64,000 nucleotides of DNA, taken from the NCBI RefSeq assembly GCF_009914755.1, contig NC_060927.1; one strand, given 5' to 3'. Source of the stretch: the human T2T-CHM13v2.0 reference genome, Homo sapiens. The translations under genes and the position numbers were made by a program. How positions within the stretch are numbered: the stretch's first letter is position 1; each line of letters starts with the position of its first letter. The notes beneath the pieces were generated by a model. It saw only the letters and a program-made list of their open reading frames with translations. It did no database searches and had not been told where the DNA came from. Of the stretch, positions 43,101 to 59,100 are shown in pieces.

Positions 43101-46100
43101 CATAAAATATCAAAGTACACCAGATATATATTCTACAGTGTATATAAAATATCAAAGTACCCAAACTATACATTATATACTGTACATAAAATATGAAATT
43201 ACATCAAATATATATTTTATTCTGTACATAAAATGTCAAAGTACACCAGATATATATTCTATAGTGTACATAAAATATCAAAGTACCCAAACTATACATT
43301 ATATACTGTACATAAAATATGAAATTACATCAAATATATATTAAGTACATAAAATATGAAAGTACATCAAATATAGATTATATAGTGTACATAAAATATC
43401 AATGTACACCAAATATATATTATATACTCTACATGAAATATCAAAGTTCACAAACTATATATTATATACTGTCCATAAAATATCAAAGTACCCAAGGTAT
43501 ATATTTTATACTGTACAAAAAATATCAAAGTACCCAAAGCATGTATTATATACTATACCTAAAATATGAAAGTACATCAAATATATATTTTATTCTGTAC
43601 ATAAAATATCAAAGTACACCAGATATATATTCTACAGTGTATATAAAATATCAAAGTACCCAAACTATACATTATATACTGTACATAAAATATGAAATTA
43701 CATCAAATATATATTATATTAGGTACATAAAATATGAAAGTACATGAAGTATAGATTATATACTGTACATAAAATATCAAAGTACCCCAAATTTATATTA
43801 TATACTATACATGAAATATCAAAGTTCACAAACTATATATTATATACTGTACATAAAATATCAAAGTACCCAAGGTATATATTCTATAGTGTACAAAAAA
43901 TATCAAAGTACCCAAAGCATGTATTATATACCGTACGTAAAATATAAAATTACATCAAATATATATTTTATTCTGTACATAAAATATCAAAGTACACCAG
44001 ATATATATACTATAGTGTACATAAAATATCAAAGTACCCAAACTATACATTATACACTGCACATAAAATATGAAATTACATCAAATATATATTAGGTACA
44101 TAAAATATGAAAGTACATCAAATATAGATTATATACTGTAAATATAATATCAATGTACCCCAAATATATATTTTATACTCTACATGAAATATCAAAGTTC
44201 ACAAACCATATATTATATACTGTACATAAAATATCAAAGTACCCAAGGTATATATTCTATACTGTACAAAAAATATCAAAGTACCCAAAGCATGTATTAT
44301 ATACTGTACATAAAATATGAAAGTACATCAAATATATATTTTATTCTGTACATAAAATATCAAAGTACACCAGATATATATTCTATAGTGTACATAAAAT
44401 AACAAAGTACACAAACTATAAATTATATCCTGTACATAAAATATGAAATTACATCAAATATATATTAGGTACATAAAATATGAAAGTACATCAAATATAG
44501 ATTATATACTGTACATTAAGTACCAAAGTACACCAAATATATATTTTATTCTGTACATAAAATATCAAAGTACACCAGATATATATTCTATAGTGTACAT
44601 AAAATATCAAAGTACCCAAACTATACATTATATACTGTACATAAAATATGAAATTACAGCAAATATATATTATATTAGGTAAATGAAATATGAAAGTACA
44701 TCAAATATAGATTATATACTGTACATAAAATATGAAAGTACCCCAAATATATATTATATACTCTACATGAAATATCAAAGTTCACAAACTATATATTATA
44801 TACTGTACATAAAATATCAAAGTACCCAAGGTATATACTCTATACTGTACAAAAAATATCAAAGTATCCAAAGCATGTATTATATACTGTATATAAAATA
44901 TGAAAGTACATCAAATATATATTTTATTCTGTACATAAAATATCAAAGTACACCAGATATATATTCTATAGTGTACATAAAATATCAAAGTACCCAAACT
45001 ATACATTATATACTGTACATAAAATATGAAATTACAGCAAATATATATTATATTAGGTACATAAAATATGAAAGTACATCAAATATAGATTATATACTGT
45101 ACATTAAATACCAAAGTACCCCAAATATATATTTTATACTGTACATGAAATATCAAAGTTCACAAACTATATATTATATACTGTACATAAAATATCAATG
45201 TACCCAAGGTATATATTCTATACTGCACAAAAAATATCAAAGTACCCAAAGCATGTATTATATACTGTATATAAAATATGAAAGTACATCAAATATATAT
45301 TTTATTCTGTACATAAAATATCAAAGTACACCAGATATATATTCTATAGTGTACATAAAATATCAAAGTACCCAAACTATACATTATATACTGTACATAA
45401 AATATGAAATTACATCAAATATATATTAGGTACATAAAATATGAAAGTACATCAAATATAGATTATATACTGTACATTAAGTACCAAAGTACACCAAATA
45501 TATATTTTATTCTGTACATAAAATATCAAAGTACACCAGATATATATTCTATAGTGTACATAAAATATCAAAGTACCCAAACTATACATTATATACTGTA
45601 CATAAAATATGAAATTACATCAAATATATATTATATTAGGTAAATGAAATATGAAAGTACATCAAATATAGATTATATACTGTACATAAAATATGAAAGT
45701 ACCCCAAATATATATTATATACTCTACATGAAATATCAAAGTTCACAAACTATATATTATATACTGTACATAAAATATCAAAGTACCCAAGGTATATATT
45801 CTATACTGTACAAAAAATATCAAAGTATCCAAAGCATGTATTATATACTGTATATAAAATATGAAAGTACATCAAATATATATTTTATTCTGTACATAAA
45901 ATATCAAAGTACACCAGATATATATTCTATAGTGTACATAAAATATCAAAGTACCCAAACTATACATTATATACTGTACATAAAATATGAAATTACAGCA
46001 AATATATATTATATTAGGTACATAAAATATGAAAGTACATCAAATATAGATTATATACTCTACATTAAATACCAAAGTACCCCAAATATATATTTTATAC

Positions 46101-49100
46101 TGTACATGAAATATCAAAGTTCACAAACTATATATTATATACTGTACATAAAATATCAATGTACCCAAGGTATATATTCTATACTGCACAAAAAATATCA
46201 AAGTACCCAAAGCATGTATTATATACTGTATATAAAATATGAAAGTACATCAAATATATATTTTATTCTGTACATAAAATATCAAAGTACACCAGATATA
46301 TATTCTATAGTGTACATAAAATATCAAAGTACCCAAACTATACATTATATACTGTACATAAAATATGAAATTACATCAAATATATATTATATTAGGAACA
46401 TAAAATACGAAAGTACATCAAATATAGATTATATACTGTACATAAAATATGAAAGTACCCCAATATATATTATATACTCTACATGAAATATCAAAGTTCA
46501 CAAACTATATATTATGTACTGTACATAAAATATCAAACTACCCAAGGTATATATTCTATACTGTACAAAAAATATCAAAGTACCCAAAGCATGTATTATA
46601 TAATGTACATAAAATATGAAAGTACATCAAATATATATTTTATTTGTACATAAAATATCAAAGAACACCAGATATATATTCTATAGTGTACATAAAATAT
46701 CAAAGTACCCAAACTATACATTATATACTGTACATAAAATATGAAATTACATCATATATATATTAGGTACATAAAACATGATAGTACATCAAATATATAT
46801 TTTATTCTGTACATAAAATATCAAAGTACACCAGATATATATTCTATAGTGTACATAAAATAACAAAGTACACAAACTATAAAATATATACTGTACATAA
46901 AATATGAAATTACATCAAATATATATTAGGTACATAAAATATGAAAGTACATCAAATATAGATTATATACTGTACATATAATATCAATGTACCCGAAATA
47001 TATATTTTATACTCTACATGAAATATCAAAGTTCACAAACCATATATTGTATACTGCACATAAAATATCAAAATACACAAGGTATATATTCTATACTGTA
47101 CAAAAAATATCAAAGTACCCAAAGCAGGTATTATATACTGTATATAAAATATGAAAGTACATCAAATATATATTTTATTCTGTACATAAAATATCAAAGT
47201 ACACCAGATATATATTCTATAGTGTACATAAAATATCAAGGTACCCAAACTATATATTATATACTGTACATAAAATATGAAATTACAGCAAATATATATT
47301 ATATTAGGTACATCAAATATGAAAGTACATCAAATATAGATTATATACTGTACATTAAATACCAAAGTACCCCAAATATATATTTTATACTGTACATGAA
47401 ATATCAAAGTTCACAAACTATATATTATATACTGTACATAAAATATCAATGTACCCAAGGTATATATTCTATACTGCACAAAAAATATCAAAGTACCCAA
47501 AGCATGTATTATATACTGTATATAAAATATGAAAGTACATCAAATATATATTTTATTCTGTACATAAAATGTCAAAGTACACCAGATATATATTCTATAG
47601 TGTACATAAAATATCAAAGTACCCAAACTATACATTATATACTGTACATAAAATATGAAATTACATCAAATATATATTAAGTACATAAAATATGAAAGTA
47701 CATCAAATATAGATTATATAGTGTACATAAAATATCAATGTACACCAAATATATATTATATACTCTACATGAAATATCAAAGTTCACAAACTATATATTA
47801 TATACTGTCCATAAAATATCAAAGTACCCAAGGTATATATTTTATACTGTACAAAAAATATCAAAGTACCCAAAGCATGTATTATACACTATACCTAAAA
47901 TATGAAAGTACATCAAATATATATTTTATTCTGTACATAAAATATCAAAGTACACCAGATATATATTCTACAGTGTATATAAAATATCAAAGTACCCAAA
48001 CTATACATTATATACTGTACATAAAATATGAAATTACATCAAATATATATTTTATTCTGTACATAAAATGTCAAAGTACACCAGATATATATTCTATAGT
48101 GTACATAAAATATCAAAGTACCCAAACTATACATTATATACTGTACATAAAATATGAAATTACATCAAATATATATTAAGTACATAAAATATGAAAGTAC
48201 ATCAAATATAGATTATATAGTGTACATAAAATATCAATGTACACCAAATATATATTATATACTCTACATGAAATATCAAAGTTCACAAACTATATATTAT
48301 ATACTGTCCATAAAATATCAAAGTACCCAAGGTATATATTTTATACTGTACAAAAAATATCAAAGTACCCAAAGCATGTATTATATACTATACCTAAAAT
48401 ATGAAAGTACATCAAATATATATTTTATTCTGTACATAAAATATCAAAGTACACCAGATATATATTCTACAGTGTATATAAAATATCAAAGTACCCAAAC
48501 TATACATTATATACTGTACATAAAATATGAAATTACATCAAATATATATTATATTAGGTACATAAAATATGAAAGTACATGAAGTATAGATTATATACTG
48601 TACATAAAATATCAAAGTACCCCAAATTTATATTATATACTATACATGAAATATCAAAGTTCACAAACTATATATTATATACTGTACATAAAATATCAAA
48701 GTACCCAAGGTATATATTCTATAGTGTACAAAAAATATCAAAGTACCCAAAGCATGTATTATATACCGTACGTAAAATATAAAATTACATCAAATATATA
48801 TTTTATTCTGTACATAAAATATCAAAGTACACCAGATATATATACTATAGTGTACATAAAATATCAAAGTACCCAAACTATACATTATACACTGCACATA
48901 AAATATGAAATTACATCAAATATATATTAGGTACATAAAATATGAAAGTACTTCAAATATAGATTATATACTGTAAATATAATATCAATGTACCCCAAAT
49001 ATATATTTTATACTCTACATGAAATATCAAAGTTCACAAACCATATATTATATACTGTAAATAAAATATCAAAGTACCCAAGGTATATATTCTATACTGT

Positions 49101-52100
49101 ACAAAAAATATCAAAGTACCCAAAGCATGTATTATATACTGTACATAAAATATGAAAGTACATCAAATATATATTTTATTCTGTACATAAAATATCAAAG
49201 TACACCAGATATATATTCTATAGTGTACATAAAATAACAAAGTACACAAACTATAAATTATATCCTGTACATAAAATATGAAATTACATCAAATATATAT
49301 TAGGTACATAAAATATGAAAGTACATCAAATATAGATTATATACTGTACATTAAGTACCAAAGTACACCAAATATATATTTTATTCTGTACATAAAATAT
49401 CAAAGTACACCAGATATATATTCTATAGTGTACATAAAATATCAAAGTACCCAAACTATACATTATATACTGTACATAAAATATGAAATTACAGCAAATA
49501 TATATTATATTAGGTAAATGAAATATGAAAGTACATCAAATATAGATTATATACTGTACATAAAATATGAAAGTACCCCAAATATATATTATATACTCTA
49601 CATGAAATATCAAAGTTCACAAACTATATATTATATACTGTACATAAAATATCAAAGTACCCAAGGTATATATTCTATACTGTACAAAAAATATCAAAGT
49701 ATCCAAAGCATGTATTATATACTGTATATAAAATATGAAAGTACATCAAATATATATTTTATTCTGTACATAAAATATCAAAGTACACCAGATATATATT
49801 CTATAGTGTACATAAAATATCAAAGTACCCAAACTATACATTATATACTGTACATAAAATATGAAATTACAGCAAATATATATTATGTTAGGTACATAAA
49901 ATATGAAAGTACATCAAATATAGATTATATACTGTACATTAAATACCAAAGTACCCCAAATATATATTTTATACTGTACATGAAATATCAAAGTTCACAA
50001 ACTATATATTATATACTGTACATAAAATATCAATGTACCCAAGGTATATATTCTATACTGCACAAAAAATATCAAAGTACCCAAAGCATGTATTATATAC
50101 TGTATATAAAATATGAAAGTACATCAAATATATATTTTATTCTGTACATAAAATATCAAAGTACACCAGATATATATTCTATAGTGTACATAAAATAACA
50201 AAGTACCCAAACTATACATTATATACTGTACATAAAATATGAAATTACATCAAATATATATTAGGTACATAAAATATGAAAGTACATCAAATATAGATTA
50301 TATACTGTACATTAAGTACCAAAGTACACCAAATATATATTTTATTCTGTACATAAAATATCAAAGTACACCAGATACATATTCTATAGTGTACATAAAA
50401 TATCAAAGTACCCAAACTATACATTATATACTGTACATAAAATATGAAATTACATCAAATATATATTATATTAGGTAAATGAAATATGAAAGTACATCAA
50501 ATATAGATTATATACTGTACATAAAATATGAAAGTACCCCAAATATATATTATATACTCTACATGAAATATCAAAGTTCACAAACTATATATTATATACT
50601 GTACATAAAATATCAAAGTACCCAAGGTATATATTCTATACTGTACAAAAAATATCAAAGTATCCAAAGCATGTATTATATACTGTATATAAAATATGAA
50701 AGTACATCAAATATATATTTTATTCTGTACATAAAATATCAAAGTACACCAGATATATATTCTATAGTGTACATAAAATATCAAAGTACCCAAACTATAC
50801 ATTATATACTGTACATAAAATATGAAATTACAGCAAATATATATTATATTAGGTACATAAAATATGAAAGTACATCAAATATAGATTATATACTCTACAT
50901 TAAATACCAAAGTACCCCAAATATATATTTTATACTGTACATGAAATATCAAAGTTCACAAACTATATATTATATACTGTACATAAAATATCAATGTACC
51001 CAAGGTATATATTCTATACTGCACAAAAAATATCAAAGTACCCAAAGCATGTATTATATACTGTATATAAAATATGAAAGTACATCAAATATATATTTTA
51101 TTCTGTACATAAAATATCAAAGTACACCAGATATATATTCTATAGTGTACATAGAATATCAAAGTACCCAAACTATACATTATATACTGTACATAAAATA
51201 TGAAATTACATCAAATATATATTATATTAGGTACATAAAATACGAAAGTACATCAAATATAGATTATATACTGTACATAAAATATGAAAGTACCCCAATA
51301 TATATTATATACTCTACATGAAATATCAAAGTTCACAAACTATATATTATGTACTGTACATAAAATATCAAAGTACCCAAGGTATATATTCTATACTGTA
51401 CAAAAAATATCAAAGTACCCAAAGCATGTATTATATAATGTAAATAAAATATGAAAGTACATCAAATATATATTTTATTCTGTACATAAAATATCAAAGA
51501 ACACCAGATATATATTCTATAGTGTACATAAAATATCAAAGTACCCAAACTATACATTATATACTGTACATAAAATATGAAATTACATCATATATATATT
51601 AGGTACATAAAATATGAAAGTACATCAAATATATATTTTATTCTGTACATAAAATATCAAAGTACACCAGATATATATTCTATAGTGTACATAAAATAAC
51701 AAAGTACACAAACTATAAAATATATACTGTACATAAAATATGAAATTACATCAAATATATATTAGGTACATAAAATATGAAAGTACATCAAATATAGATT
51801 ATATACTGTACATATAATATCAATGTACCCGAAATATATATTTTATACTCTACATGAAATATCAAAGTTCACAAACCATATATTGTATACTGCACATAAA
51901 ATATCAAAATACACAAGGTATATATTCTATACTGTACAAAAAATATCAAAGTACCCAAAGCAGGTATTATATACTGTATATAAAATATGAAAGTACATCA
52001 AATATATATTTTATTCTGTACATAAAATATCAAAGTACACCAGATATATATTCTATAGTGTACATAAAATATCAAGGTACCCAAACTATATATTATATAC

Positions 52101-52400
52101 TGTACATAAAATATGAAATTACAGCAAATATATATTATATTAGGTACATAAAATATGAAAGTACATCAAATATAGATTATATACTGTACATTAAATACCA
52201 AAGTACCCCAAATATATATTTTATACTGTACATGAAATATCAAAGTTCACAAACTATATATTATATACTGTACATAAAATATCAATGTACCCAAGGTATA
52301 TATTCTATACTGCATAAAAAATATCAAAGTACCCAAAGCATGTATTATATACTGTATATAAAATATGAAAGTACATCAAATATATATTTTATTCTGTACA
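40150..52400 (+). repeat. Tandem super-repeat with ~4,836-bp period, about 2.5 copies
   Basis: ORF starts 40568/45404/50239, 40808/45644/50479, 42183/47018/51854, 42820/47655, 43319/48154, 44443/49278 and 44683/49518 are all 4,835-4,836 bp apart. Boundaries are approximate. Confidence 0.88.
42720..43710 (+). repeat. 499-bp direct tandem duplication (12 monomers minus 5 bp), repeated again at ~47555-48545
   Basis: Near-identical ORF starts at 42820/43319 and 47655/48154. The marker TATATTAAGTAC...TATAGTGTAC...CAATGTACACC occurs twice, 499 bp apart. Confidence 0.85.
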
Positions 52401-53127
52401 TAAAATATCAAAGTACACCAGATATATATTCTATAGTGTACATAAAATATCAAAGTACCCAAACTATACATTATATACTGTACATAAATATGAAATTACA
52501 TCAAATATATATTATATTAGGTACATAAAATATGAAAGTACATGAAGTATAGATTATATACTGTAGATAAAATATCAAAGTACCCCAAATTTATATTATA
52601 TACTATACATGAAATATCAAAGTTCACAAACTATATATTATATACTGTACATAAAATATCAAAGTACCCAAGGTATATATTCTATAGTGTACAAAAAATA
52701 TCAAAGTACCCAAAGCATGTATTATATACCGTACATAAAATATAAAATTACATCAAATATATATTTTATTCTGTACATAAAATATCAAAATACACCAGAT
52801 ATATATACTATAGTGTACATAAAATATCAAAGTACCCAAACTATACATTATACACTGTACATAAAATATGAAATTACATCAAATATATATTAGGTACATA
52901 AAATATGAAAGTACATCAAATATAGATTATATACTGTAAATATTATATCAATGTACCCCAAATATATATTTTATACTCTACATGAAATATCAAAGTTCAC
53001 AAACCATATATTATATACTGTACATAAAATATCAAAGTACCCAAGGTATATATTCTATACTGAACAAAAAATATCAAAGTACCCAAAGCATGTATTATAT
53101 ACTGTACATAAAATATGAAAGTACATC

Positions 53128-56100
53128 AAATATATATTTTATTCTGTACATAAAATATCAAAGTACACCAGATATATATTCTATAGTGTACATAAAATAT
53201 CAAAGTACCCAAACTATACATTATATACTGTACATAAAATATGAAATTACAGCAAATATATATTATATTAGGTACATAAAATATGAAAGTACATCAAATA
53301 TAGATTATATACTGTACATTAAATACCAAAGTACCCCAAATATATATTTTATACTGTACATGAAATATCAAAGTTCACAAACTATATATTATATACTGTA
53401 CATAAAATATCAATGTACCCAAGGTATATATTCTATACTGCACAAAAAATATCAAAGTACCCAAAGCATGTATTATATACTGTATATAAAATATGAAAGT
53501 ACATCAAATATATATTTTATTCTGTACATAAAATATCAAAGTACACCAGATATATATTCTATAGTGTACATAAAATAACAAAGTACACAAACTATAAATT
53601 ATATCCTGTACATAAAATATGAAATTATATCAAATATATATTAGGTACATAAAATATGAAAGTACATCAAATATAGATTATATACTGTACATTAAGTACC
53701 AAAGTACACCAAATATATATTTTATACTCTACATGAAATATCAAAGTTCACAAACCATATATTATATACTGTGCATAAAATATCAAAGTACCCAAGGTAT
53801 ATATTCTATACTGTACAAAAAATATCAAAGTACCCAAAGCATGTATTATATACTATACATAAAATATGAAATTACATCAAATATATATTTTATTCTGTAC
53901 ATAAAATATCAAAGTACACCAGATATATATTCTATAGTGTACATAAAATATCAAAGTACCCAAACTATACATTATATACTGTACATAAAATGTGAAATTA
54001 CATAAAATATATATTATATTAGGTACATAAAATATGAAAGTACATCAAATATAGATTATATACTGTACATTAAATACCAATATACCCCAAATATATATTT
54101 TATACTGTACATGAAATATCAAAGTTCACACACTATATATTATATACTGTACATAAAATATCAAAGTACCCAAGGTATATATTCTATACTGTACAAAAAA
54201 CATCAAAGTACCCAAAGCATGTATTATATACTGTACATAAAATATGAAAGTACATCAAATATATATTTTATTCTGTACATAAAATATCAAAGTACACCAG
54301 ATATATATTCTATAGTGTACATAAAATAACAAAGTACCCAAACTATACATTATATACTGTACATAAAATATGAAATTACATCAAATATATATTATATTAG
54401 GTACATAAAATAAGAAAGTACATCAAATATAGATTATATACTGTACATAAAATATCAAAGTACCCCAAATATATATTATATACTCTACATGAAATATCAA
54501 AGTTCACAAACTATATATTATATACTGTACATAAAATATCAAAGTACCCAAGGTATATATTCTATACTGTACAAAAAATATGAAAGTATCCAAAGCATGA
54601 TTTATATACTGTATATAAAATATGAAAGTACATTAAAGATATATTTTATTCTGTACATAAAATATCAAAATACACCAGATATATATTCTATAGTGTACAT
54701 AAAATAACAAAGTACACAAACTATAAATTATATACTGTACATAAAATATGAAATTACATCAAATATATATTAGGTACATAAAATATGAAAGTACATCAAA
54801 TATAGATTATATACTGTACATATAATATCAATGTACCCCAAATATATATTTTATACTCTACATGAAATATCAAAGTTCACAAACCATACATTATATACTG
54901 TACATAAAATATCAAAGTACCCAAGTTATATATTCTATACTGTACAAAAGATATCAAAGTACCCAAAGCATGTATTATATACTGTATATAAAATATGAAA
55001 GTACATCAAATATATATTATATACTGTACATAAAATATCAAAGTACACCAGATATATATTTTATAGTGTTCATAAAATATCAAAGTACCCAAACTATACA
55101 TTATATACTGAACATAAAATATGAGATTACATCAAATATATATTATATTAGGTACATAAAATATGAAAGTACATCAGATATAGATTATATACTGTACATA
55201 CAATATCAAAGTACCCCAAATATATATTATATACTCTACATGAAATATCAAAGTTCACAAACTATATATTATATACTGTACATAAAATATCAAAGTACCC
55301 AAGGTATATATTCTATACTGTACAAAAAATATCAAAATACCCAAAGCATGTATTATATACTGTATATAAAATATGAAAATACATTAAATATATATTTTTT
55401 CTGTACATAAAATATCAAAGTACACCAGATATATATTCTATAGTGTACATAAAATAACAAAGTACACAAACTATAAATTATATACTGTACGTAAAATATG
55501 AAATTACATCAAATATATATTAGGTACATAAAATATGAAAGTACATCAAATATAGATTATATACTGTACATATAATATCAGTGTACCCCAAATATATATT
55601 TTATACTCTACCTGAAATATCAAAGTTCACAAACCATACATTATATACTTTCCATAAAATATCAAAGTACCCATGGCATATATTCTATACTGTACAAAAG
55701 ATATCAAAGTACCCAAAGCATGTATTATATACTGTACATAAAATATGAAAGTACATCAAATATATATTTTATTCTGTACATAAAATATCAAAGTACACCA
55801 GATATATATTCTATAGTGTACATAAAATATCAAAGTACCCAAACTATATATTATATACTGTACATAAAATATGAAATTACATCAAATATGTATTATATTA
55901 GGTACATAAAATATGAAAGTACATCAAATATAGATTATATACCGTACATAAAATATCAAAGTACCCCAAATATATATTATATACTATACATGAAATATCA
56001 AATATCACAAACTATATATTATATACTGTACATAAAATATCAAAGTACCCAATGTATATATTCTATAGTGTACAAAAAATATCAAAGTACCCAAAGCATG

Positions 56101-59100
56101 TATTATATACTGTACATAAAATATAAAAGTACATCAAATATATATTTTATTCTGTACATAAAATATGAAAGTACACCAGATATATATTCTATAGTGTACA
56201 TAAAATATCAAAGTACCCAAACTATACATTATATACGGTACATAAAATATGAAATTACATCAAATATATATTATATTAGGTACTTAAAATATGAAAGTAC
56301 ATCAAATATAGATTATATACTGTACATAAAATATCAAAGTACCCCAAATATATATTATATACTGTACATGAAATATCAAAGTTCACAACTATATATTATA
56401 TACTGTAGATAAAATATCAAAGTCCCCAAGGTATATATTCTATACTGTACAAAAAATATCAAAGTACACAAAGCATGTATTATATACTGTACATAAAATA
56501 TGAAATTACATCAAATATATATTATATTAGGTACATAAAATATGAAAGTACATCAAATATAGATTATATACTGTACATAAAATATCAAAGTACCCCAAAT
56601 ATATATTATATACTGTAGATGTAATATCAAAGTTCACAACTATATATTACATACTGTACATAAAATATCAAAGTACCCAAGGTATATATTCTATACTGTA
56701 CAAAAAATATCAAAGTACCCAAAGCATGTATTATATACTGTACATAAAATATGAAAGTACATCAAATATATATTTTATTCTGTACATAAAATATCAAAGT
56801 ACACCAGATATATATTCTATAGTGTATATAAAATATCAAAGTACCCAAACTATACATTATATACTGTACATAAAATATGAAATTACATCAAATATATATT
56901 ATATTGGGTACATAAAATATGAAAGTACATGAAGTATAGATTATATACTGTACATAAAATATCAAAGTACCCCAAATTTATATTATATACTATACATGAA
57001 ATATCAAAGTTCACAAACTATATATTATATACTGTACATAAAATATCAAAGTACCCAAGGTATATATTCTATAGTGTACAAAAAATATCAAAGTACCCAA
57101 AGCATGTATTATATACCGTACATAAAATATAAAATTACATCAAATATATATTTTATTCTGTACATAAAATATCAAAGTACACCAGATATATATTCTATAG
57201 AGTACATAAAATATCAAAGTACCCAAACTATACATTACATACTGTACATAAAATATGAAATTACATCAAATATATATTATAATAGGTACATAAAATATGA
57301 AAGTACATGAAATATAGATTATATACTGTACATTAAATACGAAAGTACCCCAAATATATATTTTGTACTGTACATGAAATATCAAAGTACCCAAGGTATA
57401 TATTCTATACTGTACAAAAAATATCAAAGTACCCAAAGCATGTATTACAAACTGTACATAAAATATGAAAGTCCATCAAATAAATATTTTATTCTGTACA
57501 TAAAATATCAAAGTACACCAGATATATATTCTATAGTGTACATAAAATATCAAAGTACCCAAACTATACATTATATACTGTACATAAAATATGAAATTAC
57601 ATCAAATATATATTATATTAGGTACATAAAATATGAAAGTACATCAAATATAGATTATATACTGTACATTAAGTACCAAAGTACCCCAAATATATATTTT
57701 ATACTGTACATGAAATATCAAAGTTCACAAACTATATATTATATACTGTACATAAAATATCAAAGTACCCAAGGTATATATTCTATACTGTACAAAAAAT
57801 ATCAAAGTATCCAAACCATGTATTATATACTGTATATAAAATATGAAAGTACATCAAATATATATTTTATTCTGTACATAAAATATCAAAGTACACCAGA
57901 TATATATTCTATAGTGTACATAAAATATCAAAGTACCCAAACTATACATTATATACTGTACATAAAATATGAAATTACAGCAAATATATATTATATTAGG
58001 TACATAAAATATGAAAGTACATCAAATATAGATTATATACTCTACATTAAATACCAAAGTACCCCAAATATATATTTTATACTGTACATGAAATATCAAA
58101 GTTCACAAACTATATATTATATACTGTACATAAAATATCAATGTACACAAGGTATATATTCTATACTGCACAAAAAATATCAAAGTACCCAAAGCATGTA
58201 TTATATACTGTATATAAAATATGAAAGTACATCAAATATATATTTTATTCTGTACATAAAATATCAAAGTACACCAGATATATATTCTATAGTGTACATA
58301 AAATATCAAAGTACCCAAACTATACATTATATACTGTACATAAAATATGAAATTACATCAAATATATATTATATTAGGAACATAAAATACGAAAGTACAT
58401 CAAATATAGATTATATACTGTACATAAAATATGAAAGTACCCCAATATATATTATATACTCTACATGAAATATCAAAGTTCACAAACTATATATTATGTA
58501 CTGTACATAAAATATCAAAGTACCCAAGGTATATATTCTATACTGTACAAAAAATATCAAAGTACCCAAAGCATGTATTATATAATGTACATAAAATATG
58601 AAAGTACATCAAATATATATTTTATTCTGTACATAAAATATCAAAGTACACCAGATATATATTCTATAGCGTACATAAAATATCAAAGTACACAAACTAT
58701 ACATTATATACTGTACATAAAATATGAAATTACATCAAATATATATTATATTAGGTAAATGAAATATGAAAGTACATCAAATATAGATTATATACTGTAC
58801 ATAAAATATGAAAGTTCCTCAAATATATATTATATACTCTACATGAAATATCAAAGTTCACAAACTATATATTATATACTGTACATAAAATATCAAAGTA
58901 CCCAAGGAATATATTCTATACTGTACAAAAAATATCAAAGTATCCAAAGCATGTATTATATACTGTATATAAAATATGAAAGTACATCAAATATATATTT
59001 TATTCTGTACATAAAATATCAAAGTACACCAGATATATATTCTATAGTGTACATAAAATATCAAAGTCCCCAAACTATACATTATATACTGTACATAAAA

